The notes: generated from the letters alone by a model not told the origin. A DNA stretch of 64,000 bases from Candidatus Doudnabacteria bacterium (GCA_028286905.1 JAQBQP010000002.1:453358-517357), one strand, 5' to 3'. Counted from the first letter of the stretch, positions 30,241-40,525 are shown. Translations and numbers: made by a program.

Positions 30241-30945
30241 ATGAATAGCTTCCAAAATAACTTAACCACAATAGACCCAGTTGTAATAAAAGATCAATCG
30301 GCTTTTCTTAGTAGAGTTTTCGGCTGGATGGCTTTGGCATTGTTTATTAGCGCAGGATTAGCTTACTTTGTTGCTGGCTCCGTTGCGGTTCAACAAATAG
30401 TATTTGGCAGCCCGCTGATATTTTTCGGATTGATGATTGCAGAATTAGGTTTAGTAATTTATTTGAGCGCAAAAATCACAAAAATGTCAGTTTCTGCCGC
30501 TAAAATATCATTCTTTTTATACGCTGCGTTAAACGGACTTACACTTAGCGCTATATTTTTGGCATATACTGCAAGTTCGATTGCCGGAACTTTTATTGTG
30601 TCGGCTGCAACGTTTGGAGTAATGGCTTTATATGGATATATTACAAAAAGAGATTTAACCTCTTGGGGCCACCTGCTAATGATGTTCCTGTTCGGAATAA
30701 TCATTGCTGGAATTGTAAACATTTTTATCCAAAGCACTACCTTGTACTGGACTACGACCGTAATTGGCATCGGTCTGTTTGTCGGTTTGACCGCGTACGA
30801 TACTCAGCGCATTAAAAATATGAGCATCGGTAATATTAACTCTCCTGATGAACAAAAAGGTGCGATCCTGGGAGCGTTAATTTTATATCTTGATTTTATA
30901 AACTTATTTCTGTTTGTATTAAGAATTTTTGGTAAAAGAAAATAA
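30241..30945 (+). CDS. Bax inhibitor-1/YccA family protein
   Basis: AYDTQRIK, GALILYLDFINLFL. Confidence 0.93.
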   Translation: MNSFQNNLTTIDPVVIKDQSAFLSRVFGWMALALFISAGLAYFVAGSVAVQQIVFGSPLIFFGLMIAELGLVIYLSAKITKMSVSAAKISFFLYAALNGLTLSAIFLAYTASSIAGTFIVSAATFGVMALYGYITKRDLTSWGHLLMMFLFGIIIAGIVNIFIQSTTLYWTTTVIGIGLFVGLTAYDTQRIKNMSIGNINSPDEQKGAILGALILYLDFINLFLFVLRIFGKRK

Positions 30946-30972
30946 ACTAAAAAGACTCTAGTCCTTCTGTGG

Positions 30973-32652
30973 TTAGCTGTTCTTTTTGATTAACATTCTT
31001 GCAATCTTCAACTGTTCGTAAGTGTATCGCCCTTTTAGCTTAGCGAAGATTGGAGTTAGCTTATCTTCTTTTGTTTCTCTAAATATAGTGTGAATTTCTG
31101 GAAGCGCTCGCTCCAATTCTGGCGAAAGTAATCTGGATAAATCTTTTTGATTAATTTTTTGTTCCTCTAACAACTCTTCTAGGTGTCCTAAAATAGTTGT
31201 TTGTTTTAGGTTTCTAGCAACGCAAATTTGTTCCAGAGTCTTGCCTTCTTTCCACAACGTCAGCGTTTCTAAGGCAGTATCGCCTTTTTCTTTTTTCTTT
31301 GGCTCTTGCACTTCGTGGGCATCAACTGTGCCACCAATACTGCTGAGATATTTTCGCTGAATCTTTATCAGGTCCTCAGGAGTTAGTGCGCTGAAGTTTT
31401 TTTGTGCTTCTTTTGAAGCGGATTTAAAATTACTGTCTTCCTGTAAAATTTCCGGGTGCACTTGGAAAGCTTTTTCATTTATTCCAAATAAGTGCAGTCC
31501 GGAAAGCCTGCGCACTCTGGAGATTGCAACATAGCCTTGGCCGTATTCAAAAACATCGCTTAAGTCGATTGCTGCTGCATCCATGCTCATACCTTGGCTT
31601 TTGTGAATTGTGATCGCCCACGCTAAGCGCAACGGCAGCTGACTAACCATCGCTCTAAGTTTGCCGCCTTCTTCCGATTTCCAATCTTGAGGAGTAACTA
31701 CAACTCTTTTACCGCCACGAATTTCAACCAGTGGGAAACCTTCGCTAAGATCCCGAACCACGCCAAGGGTGCCGTTGGCATAGCCGGCTTGAGGATTGTT
31801 CTTAGTAAACATTACCACTGCGCCAACCTTTAAATAAAGCTGTTCTGGCGAGAGACAGCCTTTTTTAAGCGTATCTACCAAAGAGCTGCGCCCGGTGTTA
31901 GTCATTACATAAAGGCGGTGCTCGCCAGGAAGCTTTTGCAGCCGTTCATCGTTTAATTTATCTACAGAAACATTTCGAGTAAACAATCGCGGAATCTGGA
32001 TTGGCGTTACAGCTCTTTGTACAATTCGAGATTGAATCGATTCAAAATGCTCTTCTTCTAATTCATTCCGGCGAATTGCTGCAAGCATATTTAAAAAAAC
32101 CGGATCGTCTTGGCGGTGCTGCTCAGTTAAGTAACAAACGGTCGGATTCGCACGTTGCCATGCTGGAGAGTTATATGCAAATTGCTTATGCGGACTTTCT
32201 AAAGTAGCTTGTTTTAGAATTGGCGGCAGTTGAAAAAAATCACCAACAAAAACCACTTGCATCCCGCCAAAAGGTTCTTGAATTTTTCGAACCGATCTAC
32301 AAACTGCATCCACCATTGAAAGTGTTCGCTGAGAGAGCATTGAAATTTCATCGATAATCAAAACTTGGGCTCGCAAAATTCTTTTGGCAAATTTTGGATC
32401 AGCAGCGAGCTTATGCAAATCTGAAGAAGTTAAATCTTCTTTTATTCCAATGCCGCTCCAAGAGTGAATAGTCATTCCGCCGATATGAGTTGCAGCAATA
32501 CCGGTAGAGGCTGTTACTGCCGGTTCAATGCTATGCTCGCGCAAGTAGCGCACAAATTTATTGATCGTATGAGTTTTGCCAGAACCCGGCTCCCCTGTTA
32601 AAAAAACGTTTGCGCCGGATTTCAAAATGTCTAAAGCTTGCTGTTGAGTCAT
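30973..32652 (-). CDS. PIF1 family helicase with C-terminal HTH
   Basis: TGEPGSGKT, TASTGIAA, IIDEISM, QLPLRLAWAITIHKSQG; real start 32652 (MTQQQAL). Confidence 0.92.
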   Translation of the reverse strand: MTQQQALDILKSGANVFLTGEPGSGKTHTINKFVRYLREHSIEPAVTASTGIAATHIGGMTIHSWSGIGIKEDLTSSDLHKLAADPKFAKRILRAQVLIIDEISMLSQRTLSMVDAVCRSVRKIQEPFGGMQVVFVGDFFQLPPILKQATLESPHKQFAYNSPAWQRANPTVCYLTEQHRQDDPVFLNMLAAIRRNELEEEHFESIQSRIVQRAVTPIQIPRLFTRNVSVDKLNDERLQKLPGEHRLYVMTNTGRSSLVDTLKKGCLSPEQLYLKVGAVVMFTKNNPQAGYANGTLGVVRDLSEGFPLVEIRGGKRVVVTPQDWKSEEGGKLRAMVSQLPLRLAWAITIHKSQGMSMDAAAIDLSDVFEYGQGYVAISRVRRLSGLHLFGINEKAFQVHPEILQEDSNFKSASKEAQKNFSALTPEDLIKIQRKYLSSIGGTVDAHEVQEPKKKEKGDTALETLTLWKEGKTLEQICVARNLKQTTILGHLEELLEEQKINQKDLSRLLSPELERALPEIHTIFRETKEDKLTPIFAKLKGRYTYEQLKIARMLIKKNS

Positions 32653-32759
32653 GGAATGAGCATAACAAAAAAACTTTCGATCGGCGAGGTGAACGAAAAA
32701 ATACACCGGCGATACTCTCCTTTCGGATTTCTCGCCGGTTACAGCTTCTGGCCGAGGCT

Positions 32760-33278
32760 CTACCAGCGCTTCTGCGCCAGCGTTACCATCAGGACTGTGA
32801 ATGCGATGCCCAGCAGAATGCAGCCGGACGCGATGTTTGCGAACCGTTCGGCGCCGAGCAGAACCATCTGTCCGTGGCACTCATAGAGCATCCAGAGCAG
32901 GCCGCTGGCTGCGAAGATGTCCACGAAGAACATCAGCTTCCGCGACCGCAGCTTCGCCTTGGCGGTTTCCCAGCCCGACTGCTGCTGTTCACCCTCGACG
33001 CTTCGGATGTACGCCGCGATTCGATGGATCGAATAGTCGCCGCGCGCGATCCAGAAGACCATCGTCATTCCGAGCGCGTAGACGAACTTGTACAGCGCAA
33101 CGTTCAGGGTCATCTCAGCAGCGATGAAGCTGAGGAACATGCTGAACGCCAGCAGGAACACTCCGTTGATCATCAGCTTATCTTGCTCGATGATCTCCTT
33201 GCGGAGCTTCTTATTTTCCGCAGCATTCTGCTTCAGTGCCCGCATCTTCTCGTCAACATCCTCGAACATGGGCCTCAC
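32760..33278 (-). CDS. GC-rich hypothetical 4-TM protein (cassette)
   Basis: Hydrophobic helices; own TTGACA-17-TATTTT promoter (33353-33325). Confidence 0.65.
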   Translation of the reverse strand: MRPMFEDVDEKMRALKQNAAENKKLRKEIIEQDKLMINGVFLLAFSMFLSFIAAEMTLNVALYKFVYALGMTMVFWIARGDYSIHRIAAYIRSVEGEQQQSGWETAKAKLRSRKLMFFVDIFAASGLLWMLYECHGQMVLLGAERFANIASGCILLGIAFTVLMVTLAQKRW

Positions 33279-33391
33279 TTTTATACCCTCTTGTTGAATT
33301 GTGGACTATTTTATGAACAATCACAAAATACCATATTTAATGACATTTGTCAAAGGTATCCTTCTTACAATTGATAATATATAATAAAAAC

Positions 33392-33964
33392 ATGCATAAA
33401 AAAGCTACTTTTGATGAAATATTTAATATTTGGCTTGATTCCGAAGCCAATCAAATTGAGGGCAGAAATATCTTGCCCGTAGCTAAAGCTAAGGGTTTTA
33501 ACTCAGTTGCAGAGTGGCGCCTATCCACTGCTTTAAGATTGGGTATGGATACCAAAATCTGGTCCTTGGAAATAATAGAAAACCCAAACGAAACGCTGCC
33601 TAATATTATTATTGGCCCATATCAAGGATGGTCAAAGTTTTTTAATAACCAATTGCAAACTAGTTTTGCAGAAGCGCTAAAATATAAAGAGTTCTCGGAA
33701 TGGTGCAAAACTCACGATCGGATCATTCCAATATCAAATAATTTTCCATTACCCACGACGATTATTTTATTTCGCAAGCCAAATGGCGATTTGATGCATA
33801 TTGAAGGCGGCCATCGAATTTGTGCAGTAGCATATAAAAAATCAATTGGTTCACCAATTGATTTTGAAAACAAACCAAGCATTACCGCAGCAATCGCAAA
33901 TGTAACTGATTCAGAAATTGCACAGATGCTAATTTTTTTGAAAGAAGGAACTTTTAAAATCTAG
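33392..33964 (+). CDS. Hypothetical protein with ParB/Srx-like motif
   Basis: IILF...HIEGGHR; ATG 33392 after TATAAT. Confidence 0.6.
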   Translation: MHKKATFDEIFNIWLDSEANQIEGRNILPVAKAKGFNSVAEWRLSTALRLGMDTKIWSLEIIENPNETLPNIIIGPYQGWSKFFNNQLQTSFAEALKYKEFSEWCKTHDRIIPISNNFPLPTTIILFRKPNGDLMHIEGGHRICAVAYKKSIGSPIDFENKPSITAAIANVTDSEIAQMLIFLKEGTFKI

Positions 33965-33990
33965 TTTAAAAACTAATTCTTTAGCGGTGT

Positions 33991-34365
33991 TTAAAAATTA
34001 TCAAAAAAATCTTTTACTTTCGCCTTAATAGCACTTTCTACTACATCCCGTTTATCCTTAGAAATATCAATTCTTTCAAAATGTTCGTGCCCAGAAAGCG
34101 ATAAGCCAATACTACCGTTAAGGTGCTTCTGTACGTAGCCTTCAAGAACCAACTCATTTTTATCCAAACCCAATGATTGAATTATGCGATTATGGAAATC
34201 CGTTCCTAAATACACATCCCAATTTGATGTGATTATAATTCGCAAATCTCCTTTATCTAAAAAGCGTAAAATCATTTTTTTGTCTTCAGCTGAAGAAACC
34301 CTTATAGTAAAGAATTCTTTCATCGCTTCTATCTCATTTAAGCCTCTGGTTTCAAATTCTGTCAT
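33991..34365 (-). CDS. Hypothetical protein
   Basis: ORF track. Confidence 0.6.
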   Translation of the reverse strand: MTEFETRGLNEIEAMKEFFTIRVSSAEDKKMILRFLDKGDLRIIITSNWDVYLGTDFHNRIIQSLGLDKNELVLEGYVQKHLNGSIGLSLSGHEHFERIDISKDKRDVVESAIKAKVKDFFDNF

Positions 34366-34416
34366 GATTTTATAATATCAAAAAAACATCACTCCTACGA
34401 GTGATGTTTTAGATTA

Positions 34417-34893
34417 TTAATTTTGTGTATCCGCACTTGGACCATAAATTGATGGAACCACTGCTCCCATCGCTCGCAAGTATGTAGTCAGTTGTCCGCG
34501 ATGATGGATAGCGTCGAATAAGAATCCCCAAGCCATATGATATTTTTTATCTTTCCAAGTTTCACCCCAACCAGAATCACCGTTTTCCCAATCTTCTTCA
34601 GAAATTTGCTCAAGGTCTGTTTGTAGCTGCGCCATTCCCTGATCAAACTTAACAAGCATATCCTCTTTGGTTTGCTTTTCCATTTCATGCGGGTTAAAGG
34701 CAGGTACGCCTGTAGTTATAATTCCAGAAATAGCTTTCCATTGCAAAGATAATTGTGCGGCCAAGTTTCCAGCGGCACGAGATCTTTCATGAACTTTATG
34801 AGAGTGCTTATCTTCGGACAAAGCTTCTATCGCCACTCTAAACTTTGGTGCTTCTTCTTGCAGAGTTTTTAGGAAAAATTCCTTGTTTGTCAT
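34417..34893 (-). CDS. DinB/DUF664 family protein
   Basis: IHHRGQLTTYLRAMG.VVPSIYGPSAD. Confidence 0.88.
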   Translation of the reverse strand: MTNKEFFLKTLQEEAPKFRVAIEALSEDKHSHKVHERSRAAGNLAAQLSLQWKAISGIITTGVPAFNPHEMEKQTKEDMLVKFDQGMAQLQTDLEQISEEDWENGDSGWGETWKDKKYHMAWGFLFDAIHHRGQLTTYLRAMGAVVPSIYGPSADTQN

Positions 34894-34937
34894 ATATTTT
34901 TTTATTAGTTATAAATTCATTATACCATATCCACTAT

Positions 34938-36575
34938 TTAGTGCGCTGCTGCAGGTTGCTCTAAAGTCTCTACATTTTTTTCTTTTGGAAGTTTAACAGA
35001 AATCAATAAAGCAAAAAGTATAAAGACAATGCCGTAGGTTAGAACGGCCTTATTCGCTTTAACAGTCGCCTCATGGCTGATGCTAATTATTTCATTTGTA
35101 ACATTTTGCGGTGTCCCTGCCCCAAGGTTAGCGCCTGAGCCAAATTCAATATTTGAACTTTGCTGGACGACTGCCTGGCTTATTGCCGGCTTCATTTCTG
35201 ATGATAAAACGTTACTAGAATTTACACCCGCAGCCAGGTTTGAAGATATGGTGGTAAGCAAAATAGCTCCGAGAATTGCTGAACCCAAAGTTTGCCCCAA
35301 GGTTCTTATTGTACTTGTTACTCCTGAAGCCTCGCCTGCCTGCTGGGCAGAAACAGCTGAAAGAGTTAGATTGCTAGTTTGAGCCATCATTAATCCCATG
35401 CCCATACCAAATAAAGCGAAACCGGGGGCCAAGACCCACGGATTTGCACCAACGTGCAAGCTTTGTCGCAAAACAATAAATCCTAAAACATCAAATAAAA
35501 TACCAATTTGAATTATTCTCTTTGGCGAAATATATTTGCTGACCCAAGCAGACAACGGTGCAGCAATCAAAATAACTGCGGTCATAGGAATCATAGCAAT
35601 GCCGGTGTGCACCGGATCAAGTTTTAAAACTGATTGAAAATAAACAGGCACAGAAAAACTTAAACCTGCTTGACCTAACGCTAGCACTGCAGAGACTGTA
35701 GAACCTACCACAAACGGAGAGTTTTTAAAAAGTTTTAAAGAAACCAACGGAGTTCTACCTTCACGTTCATGCGCTATTTCCCAAACTATAAAAAGTGCCA
35801 ATATTATTATTCCAAGCAGTATGAATACTGGCGTCATTGATAAGCTTCCGAAGCTTAGAGCTGTGGATCCAAGAGTAAATATTTCTTTTGCTTTCCACCA
35901 GCCATAGGTTGAAGCTTCTATCGCACCAAATACGACGAAAAACATTCCTGAAGCAGATAATAGTACTCCCATAAAATCTAAGTCCGACTTCTCATCTGTA
36001 TCCCGAGATTCTTTTATAAACCATGCTCCTATCACCAGCATTGCAGCGATAAAAATATTAATTCGAAAAGCCCATCTCCAGCTATAAGCAGTTGCCAACC
36101 ATCCGCCAATAACTGGTCCAAGCGCTGCCGCCGCCGCGACTATTCCGCCCCAGACACCAAACGCAATTTGACGATCCCTGCCTTCATAACTGGTTCTTAG
36201 CAATGATGCCGTAGCGGGTAACATAAGCGCTGCTCCAATTCCTTCAATTATAGCTTCGCCAATAATCATTGTCCCAACGGTATGGCTAATTGAGGTAATA
36301 AAGGAACCGACCGCAAAAATAACCGCGCCATAAGCAAACATTTTTTTACGTCCAAATAAATCGCCAAGACGGCCGCCGGTAATGGTAAAAGCGGCAAGCA
36401 TCAAAGAGTAGGCTGTTATAACCCATTGAATTTTTTGAATGGTGGTATGCAAATCGCCGATTATAGTCCTTAGCGTAACATTAAGGATGGTTGTATCTAG
36501 AATAATAATAGTAAGGGCAAGGCTCATTACTAATAATGGAATCCATTTCTTGAACCCGGTGTTTTGAGTTGTCAT
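34938..36575 (-). CDS. DHA2 (14-TM) MFS efflux transporter
   Basis: LDTTILNV, GGRLGDLFGRKK, GPVIGG, WRWAFRIN. Confidence 0.92.
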   Translation of the reverse strand: MTTQNTGFKKWIPLLVMSLALTIIILDTTILNVTLRTIIGDLHTTIQKIQWVITAYSLMLAAFTITGGRLGDLFGRKKMFAYGAVIFAVGSFITSISHTVGTMIIGEAIIEGIGAALMLPATASLLRTSYEGRDRQIAFGVWGGIVAAAAALGPVIGGWLATAYSWRWAFRINIFIAAMLVIGAWFIKESRDTDEKSDLDFMGVLLSASGMFFVVFGAIEASTYGWWKAKEIFTLGSTALSFGSLSMTPVFILLGIIILALFIVWEIAHEREGRTPLVSLKLFKNSPFVVGSTVSAVLALGQAGLSFSVPVYFQSVLKLDPVHTGIAMIPMTAVILIAAPLSAWVSKYISPKRIIQIGILFDVLGFIVLRQSLHVGANPWVLAPGFALFGMGMGLMMAQTSNLTLSAVSAQQAGEASGVTSTIRTLGQTLGSAILGAILLTTISSNLAAGVNSSNVLSSEMKPAISQAVVQQSSNIEFGSGANLGAGTPQNVTNEIISISHEATVKANKAVLTYGIVFILFALLISVKLPKEKNVETLEQPAAAH

Positions 36576-36577
36576 AG

Positions 36578-37009
36578 TTATACGGGAAAATTATTATTTA
36601 ATTCTTTTAGCAACTCTAAAAGTTGTTTTTGTTTAGCTACACTCAATTTAGAAAAAGCTTTGTTCAAACCAGACTCACTGTCCCCCATTGGAAATTTGCT
36701 GAGCAACTGAGTTCCTTTTTTGGTAATTACCAGATTAAGATTCCTACGATCTTTTTTATCCGGCTTTCGCAAAAGATACTTTTCGTCTTCCAAAACATCA
36801 ACTAAGGGAACCAACGAAGGGGGCTGCATACTAAAAGTCTTAGCCATTTCTTTGATTGTAATTGGTTTGGACTTAATTAAAACCAAAATGCCGTATTGCA
36901 ATGGCGTTACGCTTATCTTGGCTGCAGAAAAGCGCTTCTCCGCATCGGCTTTAGCGGTCTTAACCAATTGATACAACAATTGTTTTAGAGGATTTGATTT
37001 GAATATCAT
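36578..37009 (-). CDS. MarR family regulator
   Basis: TPLQY..L, L.R.PDKKDRR, ITKKG. Confidence 0.9.
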   Translation of the reverse strand: MIFKSNPLKQLLYQLVKTAKADAEKRFSAAKISVTPLQYGILVLIKSKPITIKEMAKTFSMQPPSLVPLVDVLEDEKYLLRKPDKKDRRNLNLVITKKGTQLLSKFPMGDSESGLNKAFSKLSVAKQKQLLELLKELNNNFPV

Positions 37010-37014
37010 TCAAT

Positions 37015-37036
37015 AATAATAAGGTACCTAATCATT
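37015..37036. promoter_or_regulatory. Putative MarR operator
   Basis: AATAATAAGGTACCTAATCATT near-palindrome just upstream of marR. Confidence 0.6.
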
Positions 37037-37189
37037 ACTGTCAAGTTACTTGGCAAGCATGCAGTTTTCATAACAAAAACTAAAAGCGTAGGCCAAGATG
37101 AAAGAACCTCCGTCAAAACAAAAGAGCCTCGACAAATGAATGTCGGGCTCTTTTCGTTAGCGCATCATGCGCAATTAGAAGTTCCTCCT

Positions 37190-37540
37190 TTACCTTAGAA
37201 CCGGCGCCGGCAACCCGCGGCCCCGAGCGTACCGCCGCGCAAAGAACATACACAGCGGATTAATCGTCCGAACACTGAGGCTCACCCCAAGTACTAAACC
37301 AACCACGGTGACCACCAGCTCCCGCTGCCACGGGATGGGCATTCTCACCAACACCGCTACCGCCATCGAGGTGAACAACGCGACCAGCCCGATGAACGAT
37401 ATGACCATACCCATGATGATTCGGAAGAAGAACGCTTTCTCAACGTACGCTACTCCCGCCATCGATGCCCCAAAGAGAGCCACGAACGCAAAAAAAACAG
37501 GCAACAGGACCAACTCCCACTGGATTAAAAAGCTTTGCAT
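37190..37540 (-). CDS. GC-rich 3-TM hypothetical protein (cassette)
   Basis: GGAGG RBS before ATG 37540; TTGCAA-17-TATTTT promoter; terminator about 37118-37155. Confidence 0.65.
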   Translation of the reverse strand: MQSFLIQWELVLLPVFFAFVALFGASMAGVAYVEKAFFFRIIMGMVISFIGLVALFTSMAVAVLVRMPIPWQRELVVTVVGLVLGVSLSVRTINPLCMFFARRYARGRGLPAPVLR

Positions 37541-37655
37541 TGAAACCTCCTGTGGAGGACTTGTTACGGGGATAAATAAAAATAGCACTAATAAGTGCTA
37601 TTTGCAAGATCGGAGTTTCGCAGACCTATAAGATAAACTGGAATAACAAAGATCG

Positions 37656-38510
37656 CTAAATCGTATATTCCAATATTTCTTTGCCTTCCAGCAAAGAACT
37701 CAAATCAAACCTTCTACTTTCCTTCAATTCTTTTGGTTCCCCTGAAAGATCACCCGGCTCAACAAACACAGCAAGTTTTCTGTTACGAGAAAACTCAGGT
37801 CCATTTTTAAAATCTTGCTGCCCTTCAGGGTCAACGCCTTCTAATATTCTTTGAACTAAATTAGGATTAGAAAATAATAAGCCTTTTTCTCGATCTGTTC
37901 CGATTAATGCAAGAATAAGGTTCTTAGGCAAAGCAAGTTCGTAAGTCATATTATTCCTTCTCTTCACTGAATCCCGAAAAGACGCCCGCCTAATTATAAT
38001 CATATTAAAAAATGAATTTCCCATTCCAGGATTTATATCTTCATATTTAACGGGGACTACGGCCTTTTCATAACTAATATCATCGACCATCTCCCTCTTT
38101 TCTTTCCCAAACAATCCCTTAGCAGGTATAATCTTTTCTCGCCTATTAGAGACGCTTCTTTGTACGCTCTGGCGAGCAGCGCCAATATATAAAAGTTCTG
38201 CTTCTTTTTCGTCTACTCCTGGAATTATAGGAGGTTCGTCCATGCGAACATTATTTACAACACGTAATTTTGAGAACGATAATACTTTATACACATCATT
38301 AATTAACCTAGTGCATGAATACGGATACTTTCCGGTTTTAATCCCTTCTACTATATCATTAACAATTCCTTTTTCGTTAAATTCTGGAGTAGTTGAAAGT
38401 AACTCTTGAGCTTGCTGATAAGTATGATCTGGAACATCTCCAGCATTAATATTTTTCAGCATTTTTTGAGACTCTTCCCAAGCTTCTTCGGAGCTATATC
38501 TTTCGGGCAT
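37656..38510 (-). CDS. Hypothetical protein
   Basis: 284-aa ORF, host-like composition. Confidence 0.7.
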   Translation of the reverse strand: MPERYSSEEAWEESQKMLKNINAGDVPDHTYQQAQELLSTTPEFNEKGIVNDIVEGIKTGKYPYSCTRLINDVYKVLSFSKLRVVNNVRMDEPPIIPGVDEKEAELLYIGAARQSVQRSVSNRREKIIPAKGLFGKEKREMVDDISYEKAVVPVKYEDINPGMGNSFFNMIIIRRASFRDSVKRRNNMTYELALPKNLILALIGTDREKGLLFSNPNLVQRILEGVDPEGQQDFKNGPEFSRNRKLAVFVEPGDLSGEPKELKESRRFDLSSLLEGKEILEYTI

Positions 38511-38530
38511 AGTATATTTTTAATTAACAT

Positions 38531-38590
38531 TAGCATATCAAAAAATCATCACAATTACGAATAATGAATTCTTGGCGCCGCTATAAGGAC
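38531..38590 (-). repeat. Degenerate tRNA-Trp-end/terminator repeat
   Basis: + strand TAGCATATCAAAAAA...CAATTACGA...TTGGCGCCGCTAT. Confidence 0.5.
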
Positions 38591-38670
38591 TATTAAAAAA
38601 AACAGAGGTGATAAAACTAAAAGCGCGGGACCAAGATGTTTGTCCGCGCTGTTTATTTTGTGGCTTCCTC

Positions 38671-39099
38671 CTACATAATGATTCCGCAGTACCCCGTGCT
38701 CGTACCCTCCAGCCACTCCAATCGATAAAGCGGATGGCTCAAAATGAGCTTACCGCTCTCCCTCTCGAAACGGAAAGGGCAGAAACTCAGCTGTTCAACT
38801 GGCCCCCATGTCCCATCCGGATTGAGGCGCTGCACCGGGAAAGTTACATCCTTCTTCGCTATGGAATCCTGGGCCGTCTTCACATCCGGCGACTGGATCA
38901 ACCGATACCAACGATCCTTCGAGCCCCTTGCAACCACTTCTTCGAAAAGATTCATGGGCCAGGGCTTCGAACTATAAAAAGCTCTGCCGCCGCTTGCTTC
39001 ATCAACGACGATGGGATCGACAAGCGGAGCTTCGCAGTTTGCTACCGCGCCCTTCTTCCGATTCCGATACCAGTTGCTAAAGAACAGTAGGACCCGCAT
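38671..39099 (-). CDS. GC-rich hypothetical protein (cassette)
   Basis: GGGGG RBS; TTGACA-17-TAATTT promoter; terminator 38613-38655. Confidence 0.65.
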   Translation of the reverse strand: MRVLLFFSNWYRNRKKGAVANCEAPLVDPIVVDEASGGRAFYSSKPWPMNLFEEVVARGSKDRWYRLIQSPDVKTAQDSIAKKDVTFPVQRLNPDGTWGPVEQLSFCPFRFERESGKLILSHPLYRLEWLEGTSTGYCGIIM

Positions 39100-39163
39100 A
39101 TTACCCCCTTAGTTGAACCCAAGTGAGAGATAAATAAAATTACCATGGGTAATGGGAATTGTC

Positions 39164-39207
39164 AAAAGCCCACCTCAATTACAAAGTGGGCTTTTGACAC
39201 GAGTTGT
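39164..39207 (-). repeat. tRNA-Trp-end/terminator repeat
   Basis: + strand AAAAGCCCACCTCAATTACAAAGTGGGCTTTTGACACGAGTTGT. Confidence 0.7.
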
Positions 39208-39288
39208 ACAGAAAAACTATCCACAAAACACCATATAAAATGATGCGCTCTGGGTAGACGCTCTCGAAGTTTCGAGAGCGCACCGAAT

Positions 39289-39615
39289 TCACGAGATCTT
39301 GAAATATTGATGCCATAACGCCTCTCCTTCCTGATCCAGTGGCAGTCGCAGAATCAGCGGTGGATGATTCCCTGGCAGGATGGTTTCGTCCATGACCAGG
39401 TGTCCGTTTTCCAGATAGAAGCGCCGGGCAACGATCGTACTCTGAACGACCAGAACTCTGGTATGGCGATCCACTATCGCCTGCTTGCTTTCGCCGTGAT
39501 ACACCACGGAGTAGTGCTCTTTCTGGGCGGCGTCCCAAGCCAATGCCCCCAAAACAAATGCGTGCAAGGTCAGAACCAAGAACGCGGCACAGAGTTCTTT
39601 GCAAATCATTTTCAT
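39289..39615 (-). CDS. GC-rich exported hypothetical protein (cassette)
   Basis: Signal-like N-terminus; TTGACG-17-TATTTT promoter; start uncertain. Confidence 0.5.
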   Translation of the reverse strand: MKMICKELCAAFLVLTLHAFVLGALAWDAAQKEHYSVVYHGESKQAIVDRHTRVLVVQSTIVARRFYLENGHLVMDETILPGNHPPLILRLPLDQEGEALWHQYFKIS

Positions 39616-39720
39616 CTTCAGCTCCAGATCAACGTGATTTAGAATCCTCCTCGAAACCGACCCAATTGCCGGATTAAATAAAATACCACGATTAGTGGTA
39701 TTCGTCAAAGAATTGGAAAA

Positions 39721-40452
39721 TTACCGCTGCCCTTTAAACAAAGCAACGTGAAATCCAAAATCTTTCCCATACTCACCAATAAATATTGGCACGTAAATTA
39801 AATCTAAAGAAAGTCCTAGCTTCTTTTTATCAGATTTATTAAACGCTTTAAAATTAGTCAGTTTTTGGATATCTACATTAGCCCGAGCCAAATCTTTTTT
39901 ATAGAACGTTTTCCCGGTAAATTCAAAAAGATCTGCTAATCCATTTTGAGTCGGAAATGGCAATTCGAGCGCGCTTAACTTTTCCATTATATATTTTACC
40001 GTATATATTTTTGAATTTCTTTCTAATTCGATAGAAAAAAAGTTATCAGGATTAAAACTTGATACGGAACCCTTTCTTGGCATAATAAGAACTTTATTTA
40101 GTTTAAAATATTTAGCTAAATTTATATGTGCTTTATTAGGTTTGGTCACAATAATTCCGCAGTCGTTACTCTTACTTTTGGTATTATGGAACTCTATAAT
40201 AAAACCTGATTTCTTAAATGTCTTTTTTAGAGATTTCGCCAATTTATGCTCGTAGGTTTTGCCTGGCAAATCAAAATTCCTGTTAAGATCTGCTTCGATG
40301 AATCTTAAATTCTTCTCTACAGCTTTCGGATTTGCGATTAAAGCTTCTAAATTTTTATATTCTTTCCTTTGAAGGCTTTTCACTACAGACACGCCGGTCT
40401 TTTCATTACCATGAGTTCCGCCAAGTATCAAGATTTTATTTTCTATTTTCAT
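39721..40452 (-). CDS. Aspartoacylase/succinylglutamate desuccinylase (M14-like) family
   Basis: GGTHGNE, ANPKA...RF..DLNR.F, EFHNT; start 40452. Confidence 0.88.
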   Translation of the reverse strand: MKIENKILILGGTHGNEKTGVSVVKSLQRKEYKNLEALIANPKAVEKNLRFIEADLNRNFDLPGKTYEHKLAKSLKKTFKKSGFIIEFHNTKSKSNDCGIIVTKPNKAHINLAKYFKLNKVLIMPRKGSVSSFNPDNFFSIELERNSKIYTVKYIMEKLSALELPFPTQNGLADLFEFTGKTFYKKDLARANVDIQKLTNFKAFNKSDKKKLGLSLDLIYVPIFIGEYGKDFGFHVALFKGQR

Positions 40453-40458
40453 AGCAAA

Positions 40459-40525
40459 AGCATAACAAAAAACCACCTCAATTACGAGGTGGGCTTTTGG
40501 CAGGGATTGAGGGAGCAAGTTAGAA
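40459..40525 (-). repeat. tRNA-Trp-end/terminator/promoter repeat
   Basis: + strand AGCATAACAAAAAACCACCTCAATTACGAGGTGGGCTTTTGGCAGGGATTGAGGGAGCAAGTTAGAA. Confidence 0.8.

Noticed and set aside
32610-33374. 254-aa + strand ORF and the upstream extension of the PIF1 ORF to 32880
   Set aside because: Shadow frames of the GC-rich - strand gene; PIF1 has its own -10 and ATG at 32652
30973-33964. PIF1 helicase plus ParB-like gene as a defence system
   Set aside because: Divergent, separated by an unrelated cassette, and no nuclease or effector recognisable
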